Below are positions 1 to 9,334 of a stretch of 64,000 nt of DNA, one piece after another. Location of the stretch: NCBI GenBank assembly GCA_028404505.1, contig JAOOBM010000003.1:86759-150758 (forward strand), written 5' to 3'. The first letter of the stretch is position 1. Each line of letters opens with the position of its first letter. The notes under the pieces were generated by a model. That model saw nothing but the letters and a program-made list of their open reading frames with translations, was not told the origin of the DNA and searched no databases. A program made the position numbers and the translations under genes. The DNA is from Acidimicrobiaceae bacterium. GTDB lineage: Bacteria; Actinomycetota; Acidimicrobiia; Actinomarinales; Actinomarinaceae.

Positions 1-1
1 T

Positions 2-325
2 CAATTTGATGAATATAAAGAAGAGATAATAGATCTTGCAATAGAAAATAATTGTATAGACATTCAAGAAAATGAAACCGGTGTCACATTTGAATTTCAA
101 CCTTCTGAATTTCAGAAAATAGATCAATTATTTAGAAATTCAGGTTTTAACTTAGTAAATTCGGAGGTTGCTTATTTAGCATCCAGCTCTGTAAATTTAG
201 ATATTGAAAAATTTAATAGATTGTCGAAGTTGATAGAAGCATTAGAAGATTTAGATGATGTTCAGAATGTATATGCAAATTTTGACATTGATAACAAACT
301 ATTAGAAAAAGCAATAACAGAATAA
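2..325 (+). CDS. yebC: YebC/PmpR-family DNA-binding regulator, C-terminal fragment (5' end outside window)
   Basis: The frame is open from the window edge to TAA at 323-325. The translation ...NRLSKLIEALEDLDDVQNVYANFDIDNKLLEKAITE matches the conserved C-terminal domain of YebC/TACO1 proteins. It is absent from the ORF track because there is no start codon in the window. Confidence 0.75.
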   Translation, partial: QFDEYKEEIIDLAIENNCIDIQENETGVTFEFQPSEFQKIDQLFRNSGFNLVNSEVAYLASSSVNLDIEKFNRLSKLIEALEDLDDVQNVYANFDIDNKLLEKAITE

Positions 326-344
326 TTTTAGCTACAATTGTTAT

Positions 345-698
345 GTGGTTAATAAAGCTAAAAAACAGGGAACTACATACGAATCAAATATCGTAAAAAG
401 ATTGAACGAAAATTCAAATATGAAAGCTCAACGCTTTGCTGAAGGTGGTTCTAATGATTTGGGTGACATACAATTGTTTGTTGACGGAGAAGAGTATTTT
501 ATTGAAGCTAAATCTCGTCAAAATCTAAATTTACATCAATCACTAGATAAAGCAATTGAAAAGTCAAGCGATGAAAATACTGTGTTATTTTGGAAAAAAC
601 TTAAGAGACAGGGTGATAACAAGAGAAGAACAAATGATGGAATGCCTGAAGTTGTGTCAATGTCATATGAACTTTTTATTAAGCTTTTAAACAAGTAA
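345..698 (+). CDS. small PD-(D/E)XK nuclease, Hjc/VRR-NUC-like (putative stand-alone Holliday junction resolvase)
   Basis: 117 aa with a GTG start. The pattern GTTYE(13)...R..AEGGSNDLGD(41)IQLF...YFIE(54)AK(56)SR reproduces the E / D / E-x-K catalytic signature and spacing of Hjc-type and VRR-NUC nucleases. It lies between yebC and queA, where ruvC/ruvAB normally sit. Confidence 0.5.
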   Translation: MVNKAKKQGTTYESNIVKRLNENSNMKAQRFAEGGSNDLGDIQLFVDGEEYFIEAKSRQNLNLHQSLDKAIEKSSDENTVLFWKKLKRQGDNKRRTNDGMPEVVSMSYELFIKLLNK

Positions 699-1709
699 TT
701 GAACAAAACCCATATTTCTGATTTAGATTATCATTTACCAAAATCATCGATAGCCCAAGATCCATACAAAAATCCAGAGGATTCAAAAATTCTTGATGCA
801 GAAAGTATGATAATTCATAAATTTGAAAATATAGATAATGTAATTCCAAAACGATCATTGCTTGTTTTTAATAATTCTCAAGTTAAAGATGTCAGAGTCA
901 AAACAATTAAAAAACATACTCTCGGAAACGTTGAAATATTCATACTTAAGATAGTTGATGAATATTCTGCAGATTGTTTACTTAAATTTAATGGAAAAAA
1001 GAATATTGGAGAAGAAATTGAACTTGAAAAATTCTCAATACATATTATCAAAAATGTAAACGATGAATTCAGAGTAAAATTTTCTTTACCCATAGAACAA
1101 ATAATCAGCAGTTATGGATCAACTCCTTTACCACCATACATTGATGATATGGATTATAAATATAGTCACTACAAGACTTTTTTTAGTAAGAAGGGATTTT
1201 CAGTGGCTGCATCTACAGCTGCTCTTCATTTCACTCCAAATTTATTTCAACAGCTTGAAAATAATGATATTGATATAAGTTTCCTTAATCTTGATATCGG
1301 CCTCGGTACCTTCAAACCGATTAATACTGACTACGTAGAAGATTATGATATACATTCTGAAGATTATGAGATTAATAAATCAACTTACCATGAAATAATT
1401 ACCAAAAAAAACAACGGATATAATATTGTTTGTGTTGGTACGACAACATTAAGAACTTTAGAGCATGTATATAAAACTTCTACTTTTAAAGGGAAAACAA
1501 ATTTATTTATAACAAAAGGATTCAAATTTAATGTTGCTGACTATCTAATAACAAATTTTCATGCTCCTAAGAGTTCTTTACTTTCAATTGTTCAAACTAT
1601 TTATGGCGATTCCTGGAAAAAACTTTATGCTTTTGCTTTAGAAAATAACATGAAGTTCCTAAGTTTTGGTGATGCAGTAATGTTTAAAATAAAAAACAAT
1701 GGCATATAA
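699..1709 (+). CDS. queA: S-adenosylmethionine:tRNA ribosyltransferase-isomerase
   Basis: 336 aa, with a TTG start immediately after the preceding TAA. The N-terminal SDLDYHLPKSSIAQDP and internal VCVGTTTLRTLE motifs are typical of QueA, and it sits in the queA-tgt-yajC context. Confidence 0.9.
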   Translation: MNKTHISDLDYHLPKSSIAQDPYKNPEDSKILDAESMIIHKFENIDNVIPKRSLLVFNNSQVKDVRVKTIKKHTLGNVEIFILKIVDEYSADCLLKFNGKKNIGEEIELEKFSIHIIKNVNDEFRVKFSLPIEQIISSYGSTPLPPYIDDMDYKYSHYKTFFSKKGFSVAASTAALHFTPNLFQQLENNDIDISFLNLDIGLGTFKPINTDYVEDYDIHSEDYEINKSTYHEIITKKNNGYNIVCVGTTTLRTLEHVYKTSTFKGKTNLFITKGFKFNVADYLITNFHAPKSSLLSIVQTIYGDSWKKLYAFALENNMKFLSFGDAVMFKIKNNGI

Positions 1710-2775
1710 ATTAATTTCAAATGACAAAAATGCTCGTGCAGGGATACTTTCTATAAATAATATTGAAGTACAGACTCCTACATTTATGCCTGTTGCTACA
1801 AGAGGTGCAATTAAATCTACTCCTCATCAATACCTAGATAAGACCTCAATACTTCTAGCAAATGCATACCATCTTCATCTAAGACCTGGTGCGGAGTTAA
1901 TAAACGATTTAGGTGGATTACATAAATTTATGAACTGGAATAAATTAATACTTACTGACTCTGGAGGTTTTCAAGCTTGGTCATTACCAACCAAATTATT
2001 AGATGATGGTATTGAATTTAAAAATGTATATGATGGATCCTTTTTTAAAATGACTCCTGAAGAATCAATCAATACACAAAATCTTTTAGGTAGTGATATT
2101 GCAATGATATTTGATTATTTAATTGATTATGACAAATCAGATGATGATCAAATGAAAGCAATTAATATAACAAGTCAGTGGGCTGAAAAAGCAAAAAGTG
2201 TGCATAAAAATAATAAACAAGAGTTGTTTGGCATAGTTCAAGGAGGTTTAAATCTTGATTTAAGAGAAACTTCAGCAAAATCAATGATCGAATTAGAATT
2301 TGATGGATTTGCCATTGGGGGATTAGCAATCGGCGAATCAAGTACTGAAAGAAAAAAGGTCGTAGAACATTTAAATTCAATACTTCCAATAGATAAACCA
2401 AGATATGTTATGGGTTTAGGAGACACCGTAGGTTTAATTGATTTGATTGATTCTGGTGTTGACATGTTTGATTGTGTTTGGCCTGCAAGACTTGCAAGGC
2501 ATGGTAAATTAATAACTCGTAATTCATACATAAATATAAAAAATCAAAAATTTAAGAATGATGAAATTCCTATAGATATTAATTGCAAATGCTTTACGTG
2601 TTTAAATTATTCAAAAGCTTACTTAAGACACCTTTTTATAAATGAAAATACAACTTCATGGTTATATTTAACTGTTCATAATATAATTCAAACTGAACAA
2701 ATTATTGAAGAAGCTAGAGAAAGTATATTAAACTCAAGTTTTGAAAGTTTTAAAAAGGAATTTATAAATGAGTGA
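1699..2775 (+). CDS. tgt: queuine tRNA-ribosyltransferase
   Basis: 358 aa. It carries ARAGIL..TPTFMPVAT, LTDSGGFQ, GGLAIGE and the zinc motif CKCFTC...H, and overlaps queA by 11 nt. Confidence 0.95.
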   Translation: MAYKLISNDKNARAGILSINNIEVQTPTFMPVATRGAIKSTPHQYLDKTSILLANAYHLHLRPGAELINDLGGLHKFMNWNKLILTDSGGFQAWSLPTKLLDDGIEFKNVYDGSFFKMTPEESINTQNLLGSDIAMIFDYLIDYDKSDDDQMKAINITSQWAEKAKSVHKNNKQELFGIVQGGLNLDLRETSAKSMIELEFDGFAIGGLAIGESSTERKKVVEHLNSILPIDKPRYVMGLGDTVGLIDLIDSGVDMFDCVWPARLARHGKLITRNSYINIKNQKFKNDEIPIDINCKCFTCLNYSKAYLRHLFINENTTSWLYLTVHNIIQTEQIIEEARESILNSSFESFKKEFINE

Positions 2776-3019
2776 CGTAGTATCTTTATTGCCCTTAGTT
2801 TTTGTATTTGTAGTATTTTATGCAGTTCTATACTTACCTCAACGAAGACGAAATAAAAAACACAAAGAATTCGTAGAAAACCTCAAAATTGGCGAAGATG
2901 TAATAACAGATTCTGGTATCTATGGAAGAGTTACATCTATAAGTGATGATACGGTTACATTAGTTCTCAAAAATGGTGAAATAAAAATTAAGACATCATT
3001 TATTAATAGTATTTCATGA
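2768..3019 (+). CDS. yajC: preprotein translocase subunit YajC
   Basis: 83 aa with a single N-terminal TM helix followed by GEDVITDSGIYGRV, which is YajC-like. It is positioned directly before secD. Confidence 0.8.
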   Translation: MSDVVSLLPLVFVFVVFYAVLYLPQRRRNKKHKEFVENLKIGEDVITDSGIYGRVTSISDDTVTLVLKNGEIKIKTSFINSIS

Positions 3020-4461
3020 AACGAATCCTTAAATTTCTTTTTCTACCTATCCTTGCAATTGGTTTATTTGTATACGTTTATCAATCCTCTCTTTCACCAA
3101 AACTTGGATTAGATTTACAAGGAGGGATATCAGTAATTCTTACTGCTGATGAAAACACAGATCCAGAAGTTTTAGAAAAATCTGTTGAAATTATGAGAAC
3201 AAGAATCGAAGCATTTGGTGATGTACAGGAACCAGAAATATCCATCAGTGGAAATAATGCTGTATTAGTACAGCTTCCAGGTGTTACGGATCAAGAACGT
3301 GCAATTGAAGCATTAGGAGCTACTGGTTTATTGACTTTTAGACCTGTATTAGCATCATCATTTGATACTGGTATTTCACCTGCATTTGAGTATCTTCCAA
3401 ATCCTGATGATCCTGAGAATCCTATTAAAGTATCAGCCCCTGGAGTTGATGAAGAATTTGGATTAACAATAGATGATGATCCAAACACTGAGTCTTATCT
3501 TTTATCGATCACACCTAGTTATCCAGTAATCTATAAATTAGGTCCAGCGGTCTTAACCGGTAATGATATTGAAGATGCAATTGCAGCATACCCTGAGAAT
3601 GAATGGATAGTATCTTTAGAATTTAAAGACTCCTCAGCTATTAAATTTACAGATTTAACAAAACAATTAGCAAGAGAGACTGGTGACAAGAGAAGATTAG
3701 CCATTGTCTTAGATGGTGAAATAGTCTCAGCACCTGGGATTGCTTTAAATGTTAGTCCAGATGTCGGAATTACAGGAGGGACCGCTGCGATATCAATGGG
3801 AAATACGGATACTGGTGAATCTGCTAATAATCTTGCTGTAATTTTAAGATATGGTGCATTACCAGTGTCATTTGAAAGATCATCCATTCAGAAGGTTTCT
3901 GCTAGCTTAGGAGAAGATACATTAAATCTTGGCTTACAAGCTGGTTTAATTGGTTTAGTTATAATCTCTATCATAATTATTCTTTACTACAGATTTCTTG
4001 GATTCATTTCGGTTTTTGGATTGTCAATGTTTGGTCTCTTGTTTTACTCAGTAATTTCAATACTTGGTGATTTACAAGGTTTTACATTGACCCTTGCAGG
4101 TATCGCTGGAATTATTGTTTCAATTGGACTTGCTGCTGACTCATATATTGTTACTTTTGAAAAACTAAAAGATGAAATAAAGGTTGGAAGATCATTTGAA
4201 TTTGCTGCAAATAAAGCTGTAGATGAATCATGGAAGACAATTTTAACAGCTGATTTCGTTTCATTATCTGCTGCTTTCCTTCTTTATATATTAGCGGTAG
4301 GTCCAATACGCGGTTTTGCATTGGCACTTGGTATCGCAACAATGTTTGATTTATTATTTACACGACTTTACACAAGGAATGTAGTACCTGTTGTTGTATC
4401 AAAGATTAATAACACTAGATTTTTGTTTCCAATAAAAAAAAGGGATATAACTAATGTTTAA
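3016..4461 (+). CDS. secD: protein translocase subunit SecD
   Basis: 481 aa with an N-terminal TM helix, the LGLDLQGG motif, a large exported domain and a C-terminal multi-TM bundle. It is in the yajC-secD-secF order. Confidence 0.9.
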   Translation: MKRILKFLFLPILAIGLFVYVYQSSLSPKLGLDLQGGISVILTADENTDPEVLEKSVEIMRTRIEAFGDVQEPEISISGNNAVLVQLPGVTDQERAIEALGATGLLTFRPVLASSFDTGISPAFEYLPNPDDPENPIKVSAPGVDEEFGLTIDDDPNTESYLLSITPSYPVIYKLGPAVLTGNDIEDAIAAYPENEWIVSLEFKDSSAIKFTDLTKQLARETGDKRRLAIVLDGEIVSAPGIALNVSPDVGITGGTAAISMGNTDTGESANNLAVILRYGALPVSFERSSIQKVSASLGEDTLNLGLQAGLIGLVIISIIIILYYRFLGFISVFGLSMFGLLFYSVISILGDLQGFTLTLAGIAGIIVSIGLAADSYIVTFEKLKDEIKVGRSFEFAANKAVDESWKTILTADFVSLSAAFLLYILAVGPIRGFALALGIATMFDLLFTRLYTRNVVPVVVSKINNTRFLFPIKKRDITNV

Positions 4462-5359
4462 ACAATTATTTTTAGGTAACACAAATTTTGACTTTTTCAG
4501 TAAACGTAGATTTCTTCAGAGGTTATTTATTTTTGAGATTATTATTTTCTCAACTGTATTGATCTGTGCTGCAATTGGTATATTAAACTTAAATTTCTCT
4601 ATTGATTTTACAGGTGGAACCACATATCAGCTGACAAGTGATTATTCAAAAGCTGATATTGAAGAAGTTTTAAGCAATAACATTTTAGAAGTTTCAAGAT
4701 ATCAAACATATGAAAACTCAGATACAGTACTTTTTAGAGCTGATGAAGGCTCTCAATCACAAGAAACTGAATTCTTAAATTATCTTGCAAATAAATTCAA
4801 TGTCGATAGTAATGATATTGAATTCCAACGTGTAGGTCCCACATTTGGACAAGAAATAACAACTAAGGGTATTAGAGCGCTTGTAATATTTTTATCATTT
4901 ATAGTTTTACTTATATCAATTAGATTCCAGTTTAGATATTCTATTGTTGCTTTAATAGCATTGATTCATGATCTTTTAATTTGTACATCGATTTATTTAT
5001 TATTAAATTTTGAGATAACGCCATCAACAGTGATTGCACTTTTAACTATTCTTGGCTATTCACTATATGATACAGTCATACTTTTTGATAAATTAAGAGA
5101 TAGTCAAAGAATGAACAAAGAAAGTAATTTATCCGTAAAAACTTTAAATAAAACTTTTAATGAGATCTTAATGAGGAGTATCAATACATCAATCACTTCA
5201 GCTGTACCAATAGCTTCAATATTATTTTTAGGTAACATAATTGGGTTATCTGGGACCTTAACAGATTTTGCTTTACCTTTGTTTATTGGAATTATATCAG
5301 GAACTTACAGCTCAATATTTGTAACGATTCCATTTTTATCAAGGATAATTAATAAATAA
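4454..5359 (+). CDS. secF: protein translocase subunit SecF
   Basis: 301 aa with the IDFTGGT motif followed by a six-TM-like hydrophobic C-terminal half. It overlaps secD by 8 nt. Confidence 0.9.
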   Translation: MFKQLFLGNTNFDFFSKRRFLQRLFIFEIIIFSTVLICAAIGILNLNFSIDFTGGTTYQLTSDYSKADIEEVLSNNILEVSRYQTYENSDTVLFRADEGSQSQETEFLNYLANKFNVDSNDIEFQRVGPTFGQEITTKGIRALVIFLSFIVLLISIRFQFRYSIVALIALIHDLLICTSIYLLLNFEITPSTVIALLTILGYSLYDTVILFDKLRDSQRMNKESNLSVKTLNKTFNEILMRSINTSITSAVPIASILFLGNIIGLSGTLTDFALPLFIGIISGTYSSIFVTIPFLSRIINK

Positions 5360-5380
5360 AAAAACTAGTACCATTAATTT

Positions 5381-7540
5381 ATGGTTAAAAATCTTGATTT
5401 ACTTGATGCAGACGAACTTATTAATAACCTGTGTTCTAAATTTAAAAATGATGAAGAAATACTAAAAAAAGCATATTTATACGCGTCCAAAGGACATTTA
5501 AATCAAAAAAGGGCATCTGGAGAACCATATATCACTCATCCTTTACAGGTTGCTACCTATTTAGCTGATTTAAGTATGGATATTGAAACAGTTATATCAG
5601 CTATTTTGCATGATTTAATTGAAGATACAGATATTACTTACAAAGATATAAAAAATGAATTTGGAAGTGAAATAGCAAATATAGTTGATGGTGTAACGAA
5701 ATTAGATAAAATCCAATATAACTCCAATGAGGAAGCACAGGCAGACGCAATAAGAAAGATGGTTATTGCTATGTCTAAAGATATAAGAGTCTTAATTTTA
5801 AAACTTGCAGATAGACTTCATAACATAGAAACTATTCAGTATTTAGCAGATTACAAACAAGAGAAAATAGCTAATGAGACATTATATGTTTATGCTCCAC
5901 TGGCACATAGGTTAGGTCTTCAAAATATAAAACACATACTTGAAGATATATCATTTAGTTTGATATTTAAAAATCAAAATTCTGAAATAGAAAATTTGAT
6001 TGAGAAAACTGCTCCCAATAGAGACAAAAATATAAATAAGTCATTAAAGGTGATTGAAGATCTTTTGTCTGCGAATTCTTTATCTGCAGAAGTCGTTGGA
6101 AGACCAAAACATAATTATTCGATATATAAAAAAATTGTCAATAATGGTTTAACGTTTAATGAGATAAATGATCTCATAGGTCTCAGAATTTTAACTGATG
6201 ATGTAAAAAACTGTTATACAATACTTGGTTTAATACACGCAAACTTTCAACCAGTACAAGGTAGATTTAAAGATTTTATTTCTATGCCAAAATTTAATCT
6301 TTATCAAAGTTTGCATACAACAGTTTTAACGGAAACTGGTCAAAAAATGGAAATACAGATAAGAACTCACGATATGCACTATAGAGCTGAATATGGAGTA
6401 GCTGCTCACTGGAAATATAAAGAGAAGCCACAAAATGATACACAACAATGGACAAATGCACTTTCTGAATTATCAGATGAATATCCTGATCCGAATGAAT
6501 TTCTAAGTCATATGAAATTAGATCTTTATGAAGATGAAGTATTTTGTTTAACACCAAAAGGAGATGTGATTACATTACCTCAAGGTGCAACACCCGTTGA
6601 CTTTGCTTTTTCAGTTCATACACAAGTAGGAGAGAAATTAATTGGTGCAAAGATCAATGGAAAATTAGTGAATTTAAGTACAAAACTAACTACTGGTGAT
6701 ACAGTCGAAGTGCTTACAACAAATGAAAAAAATAAAGGACCAAGTCGTGATTGGCTTACATTTGTAAAGACTTCAAGAGCACGTTCTAAAATTAAACAAT
6801 GGTATCAAAAACAGCTTAAAGATGAAGATATACAAAAAGGTAAACAGATATTAAATTCATGGCTGGAAGAAAATGATGAGATTTTTAATTACTCAAGTAA
6901 AGATACTATATTAAATGAACTTTTAAACATTCTTAAATATCCAAATAACGAATCAATCTATCAAAATTTAGGTAATGGGAACATAAAAATAAACAATGTT
7001 GGAAACAAAATAAGGAAATTCGTATTTCCTGAAGAGATAACAGAAGAAGAGGATATTTTATCACCAGAAAAATATCAAACAAACGATGATCAACTTGTAA
7101 TTGTAGAAGGATATGATGATATCAAAGTAAGGATGGCAAGATGTTGCGTTCCTGTTCCAGGTGATGATATTTTAGGTTTTATCACGATATCAAATGGAAT
7201 ATCTATACATAGATCTGATTGTTTAAATATTAAAATTGATAGTTCTAAGGGTGAAAGAATAATTGATGTCTCATGGGGATTCAATGCTCAAACTGGATCA
7301 ATTGTTTGGTTAGAAATAGAGGCTATTGATAGACCTTACTTATTAAGAGATGCAACAATAGCAATATCAGACAATGGTGGCAATATCCTCGTTGCAAAAT
7401 CACTTACTAACAGTAAGAGGATAGTAACTTTGCTTTTTCAAGTTGAGGTAAGTGGAAATGAACAACTTGACTCAATAATTAGAGATGCAAAAAATATAGA
7501 AAATGTTTTTGATGTTCAACGTGCTAACCCAGGAAACTAA
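5381..7540 (+). CDS. rel: bifunctional (p)ppGpp synthetase/hydrolase (RelA/SpoT homologue)
   Basis: 719 aa. It has an HD hydrolase motif (HPLQVA..HDLIEDT), a synthetase core (RPKHNYSIYKK, DLIGLRIL, IQIRT..MH..AE.GVAAHW), a TGS domain (VFCLTPKGDVITLP.GATPVDFA) and a C-terminal ACT-like domain. Confidence 0.95.
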   Translation: MVKNLDLLDADELINNLCSKFKNDEEILKKAYLYASKGHLNQKRASGEPYITHPLQVATYLADLSMDIETVISAILHDLIEDTDITYKDIKNEFGSEIANIVDGVTKLDKIQYNSNEEAQADAIRKMVIAMSKDIRVLILKLADRLHNIETIQYLADYKQEKIANETLYVYAPLAHRLGLQNIKHILEDISFSLIFKNQNSEIENLIEKTAPNRDKNINKSLKVIEDLLSANSLSAEVVGRPKHNYSIYKKIVNNGLTFNEINDLIGLRILTDDVKNCYTILGLIHANFQPVQGRFKDFISMPKFNLYQSLHTTVLTETGQKMEIQIRTHDMHYRAEYGVAAHWKYKEKPQNDTQQWTNALSELSDEYPDPNEFLSHMKLDLYEDEVFCLTPKGDVITLPQGATPVDFAFSVHTQVGEKLIGAKINGKLVNLSTKLTTGDTVEVLTTNEKNKGPSRDWLTFVKTSRARSKIKQWYQKQLKDEDIQKGKQILNSWLEENDEIFNYSSKDTILNELLNILKYPNNESIYQNLGNGNIKINNVGNKIRKFVFPEEITEEEDILSPEKYQTNDDQLVIVEGYDDIKVRMARCCVPVPGDDILGFITISNGISIHRSDCLNIKIDSSKGERIIDVSWGFNAQTGSIVWLEIEAIDRPYLLRDATIAISDNGGNILVAKSLTNSKRIVTLLFQVEVSGNEQLDSIIRDAKNIENVFDVQRANPGN

Positions 7541-7542
7541 TT

Positions 7543-8169
7543 GTGGATGATATATTTGTTTTTACAAGTTTTACTACTTCTAACTGCTACATAGTTACTC
7601 CGGATATTTCCGATGGAATATCTTATGTAATTGATTTGCCACCTGATCTTGATCCTGTACTAGATTATATAAAACAGGAAAATCTCAGTGTTGGAGGCGC
7701 ACTATTAACACACGGACATTTTGATCATTCCTTAGGTATGAGTAGCTTTGATGGATCCATCTATATAGACCTTAATGACGAACAATTAGCAAGAAATCCA
7801 GAAGAACAACTTAAATCATTTATTGGATTAAATCTTGATTCGGTTACATTTCAAGGAGAATTAAATGAAGTCAAAGATATACACAGTGATGAATTAGTTG
7901 TACATAGTAATCCTGGTCACACAAAGGGAAGCAGTTCATTTGAATTTCCAAGTTTAGGAATTGTGTTTACAGGTGATTTTATATTCAAAGATGGAATTGG
8001 TAGAACTGATTTATTAACTGGTGACACAAATGAAATGATTGAATCAATAAATAGTGTGTTTAGAGAATTTAATGATGATTATATTCTCTATCCGGGACAT
8101 GGGGATAAAGACACAGTAAAATCAATAAAAAACAACAATATTCTAGTAAAGGAATATTTGCATGATTGA
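7543..8169 (+). CDS. MBL-fold metallo-hydrolase (glyoxalase II-like)
   Basis: 208 aa with a GTG start 2 nt after the rel stop. It carries the LLTHGHFDH (HxHxDH) zinc motif and downstream PGHT / GD..F / PGHG elements. Confidence 0.8.
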   Translation: MDDIFVFTSFTTSNCYIVTPDISDGISYVIDLPPDLDPVLDYIKQENLSVGGALLTHGHFDHSLGMSSFDGSIYIDLNDEQLARNPEEQLKSFIGLNLDSVTFQGELNEVKDIHSDELVVHSNPGHTKGSSSFEFPSLGIVFTGDFIFKDGIGRTDLLTGDTNEMIESINSVFREFNDDYILYPGHGDKDTVKSIKNNNILVKEYLHD

Positions 8170-9334
8170 ACAAGTTAAAGGCACTAGAAACTTATTTGGT
8201 GCTGATTCTGCAAAATATGTACATATATTTAAAACTTTTTGCGAAGCTTTTATTGATTATGGTTATGAGTTAGTCGAATTACCCATTCTTGAACATAAAG
8301 AATTGTTTATAAAATCGATAGGTGAAAATTCAGAGATTGTTACAAAACAAATGTATGAATTTAAAGACAAAGGCGATAGATCACTTGTTTTGAGGCCAGA
8401 GGCAACTGCTAGTGTAGTGAGGTTTCATAACGAATTTTTTAAAAATGAATCAAAAAAGTATGCGTATTTTGGAAAAATGTATCGATATGAAAATCCTCAG
8501 AAAAATCGGTATAGGGAGTTTATTCAAGCAGGAGCAGAAATAATAGGAACGATAGATGACTTTTCAGAGCTACAGATTCTTAAATCATCAATAAAATTTT
8601 TAGAAAAACTAAATATAAAAGCAAAGCTTAATATAAATACAATTGGTTCTATTGAAGAAAGAAAATTATATATTAAAGAACTTGATAATTACTTTAAAAA
8701 AAACAAAAATAATTTGTCAAAGGAGAGTATTGATAAGATCGGTAAAAACACTTTACGTATTTTAGATTCTAATGATCCACTTGATTCAGAAATAATTGAT
8801 CTAGCTCCAGTAATTTATCAATATTTAGAAGACGATACGTTGAAAAGATATGGATATTTAAAAGATAGCTTAAATAAAGAAAATATAGATTTTGTAGAGA
8901 ATTCAAAATTAGTTAGAGGACTTGATTACTACAATGACTTGACATTTGAGTTCGCATATAAAGCTACTGTACTTGGTGGTGGAGGTAGGTATGATAAACT
9001 CGCTGATTCATTAAAGCTAGGTAATTCCGCAGGGGTAGGTGTTGCTTTCGGAGTTGATAGGATAATTAATTGTATTAAGTATGTGCCATCTACAAAAAAG
9101 ATCATGTTGATAGGTCAAAACTTAAATGATATAAAATCAGTATCTAAAAAATTAGATAAAAGTGGAATAAAATATTTTTTACCTGTAAGAAATAGTAAAG
9201 AAAACACACAATATAAAGAAGCTATAAAGAACAATGTTGACTATGTTATAAACTGTACTGAAAAAACTATTAAGAATCCAATTAATAGTGAGTCATTTGA
9301 ATTTAATATACGAAACTTAAAGAAATTAATATGA
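8162..9334 (+). CDS. hisS: histidine--tRNA ligase
   Basis: 390 aa. It has the class II motifs LRPEATASVVR, YRYENPQ..RYREFIQAGAEIIG and GGGRYD, and a C-terminal anticodon-binding-like domain is present. Confidence 0.85.
   Translation: MIEQVKGTRNLFGADSAKYVHIFKTFCEAFIDYGYELVELPILEHKELFIKSIGENSEIVTKQMYEFKDKGDRSLVLRPEATASVVRFHNEFFKNESKKYAYFGKMYRYENPQKNRYREFIQAGAEIIGTIDDFSELQILKSSIKFLEKLNIKAKLNINTIGSIEERKLYIKELDNYFKKNKNNLSKESIDKIGKNTLRILDSNDPLDSEIIDLAPVIYQYLEDDTLKRYGYLKDSLNKENIDFVENSKLVRGLDYYNDLTFEFAYKATVLGGGGRYDKLADSLKLGNSAGVGVAFGVDRIINCIKYVPSTKKIMLIGQNLNDIKSVSKKLDKSGIKYFLPVRNSKENTQYKEAIKNNVDYVINCTEKTIKNPINSESFEFNIRNLKKLI

Noticed and set aside
8162-9334. The short (390 aa) HisRS might be the HisZ regulatory paralogue.
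   Set aside because: Catalytic motifs 2 and 3 are intact (YRYENPQ..R.REF.Q, GGGRYD), an anticodon-binding-like C-terminal domain is present, and it sits in the rel-MBL-hisS-aspS housekeeping context.
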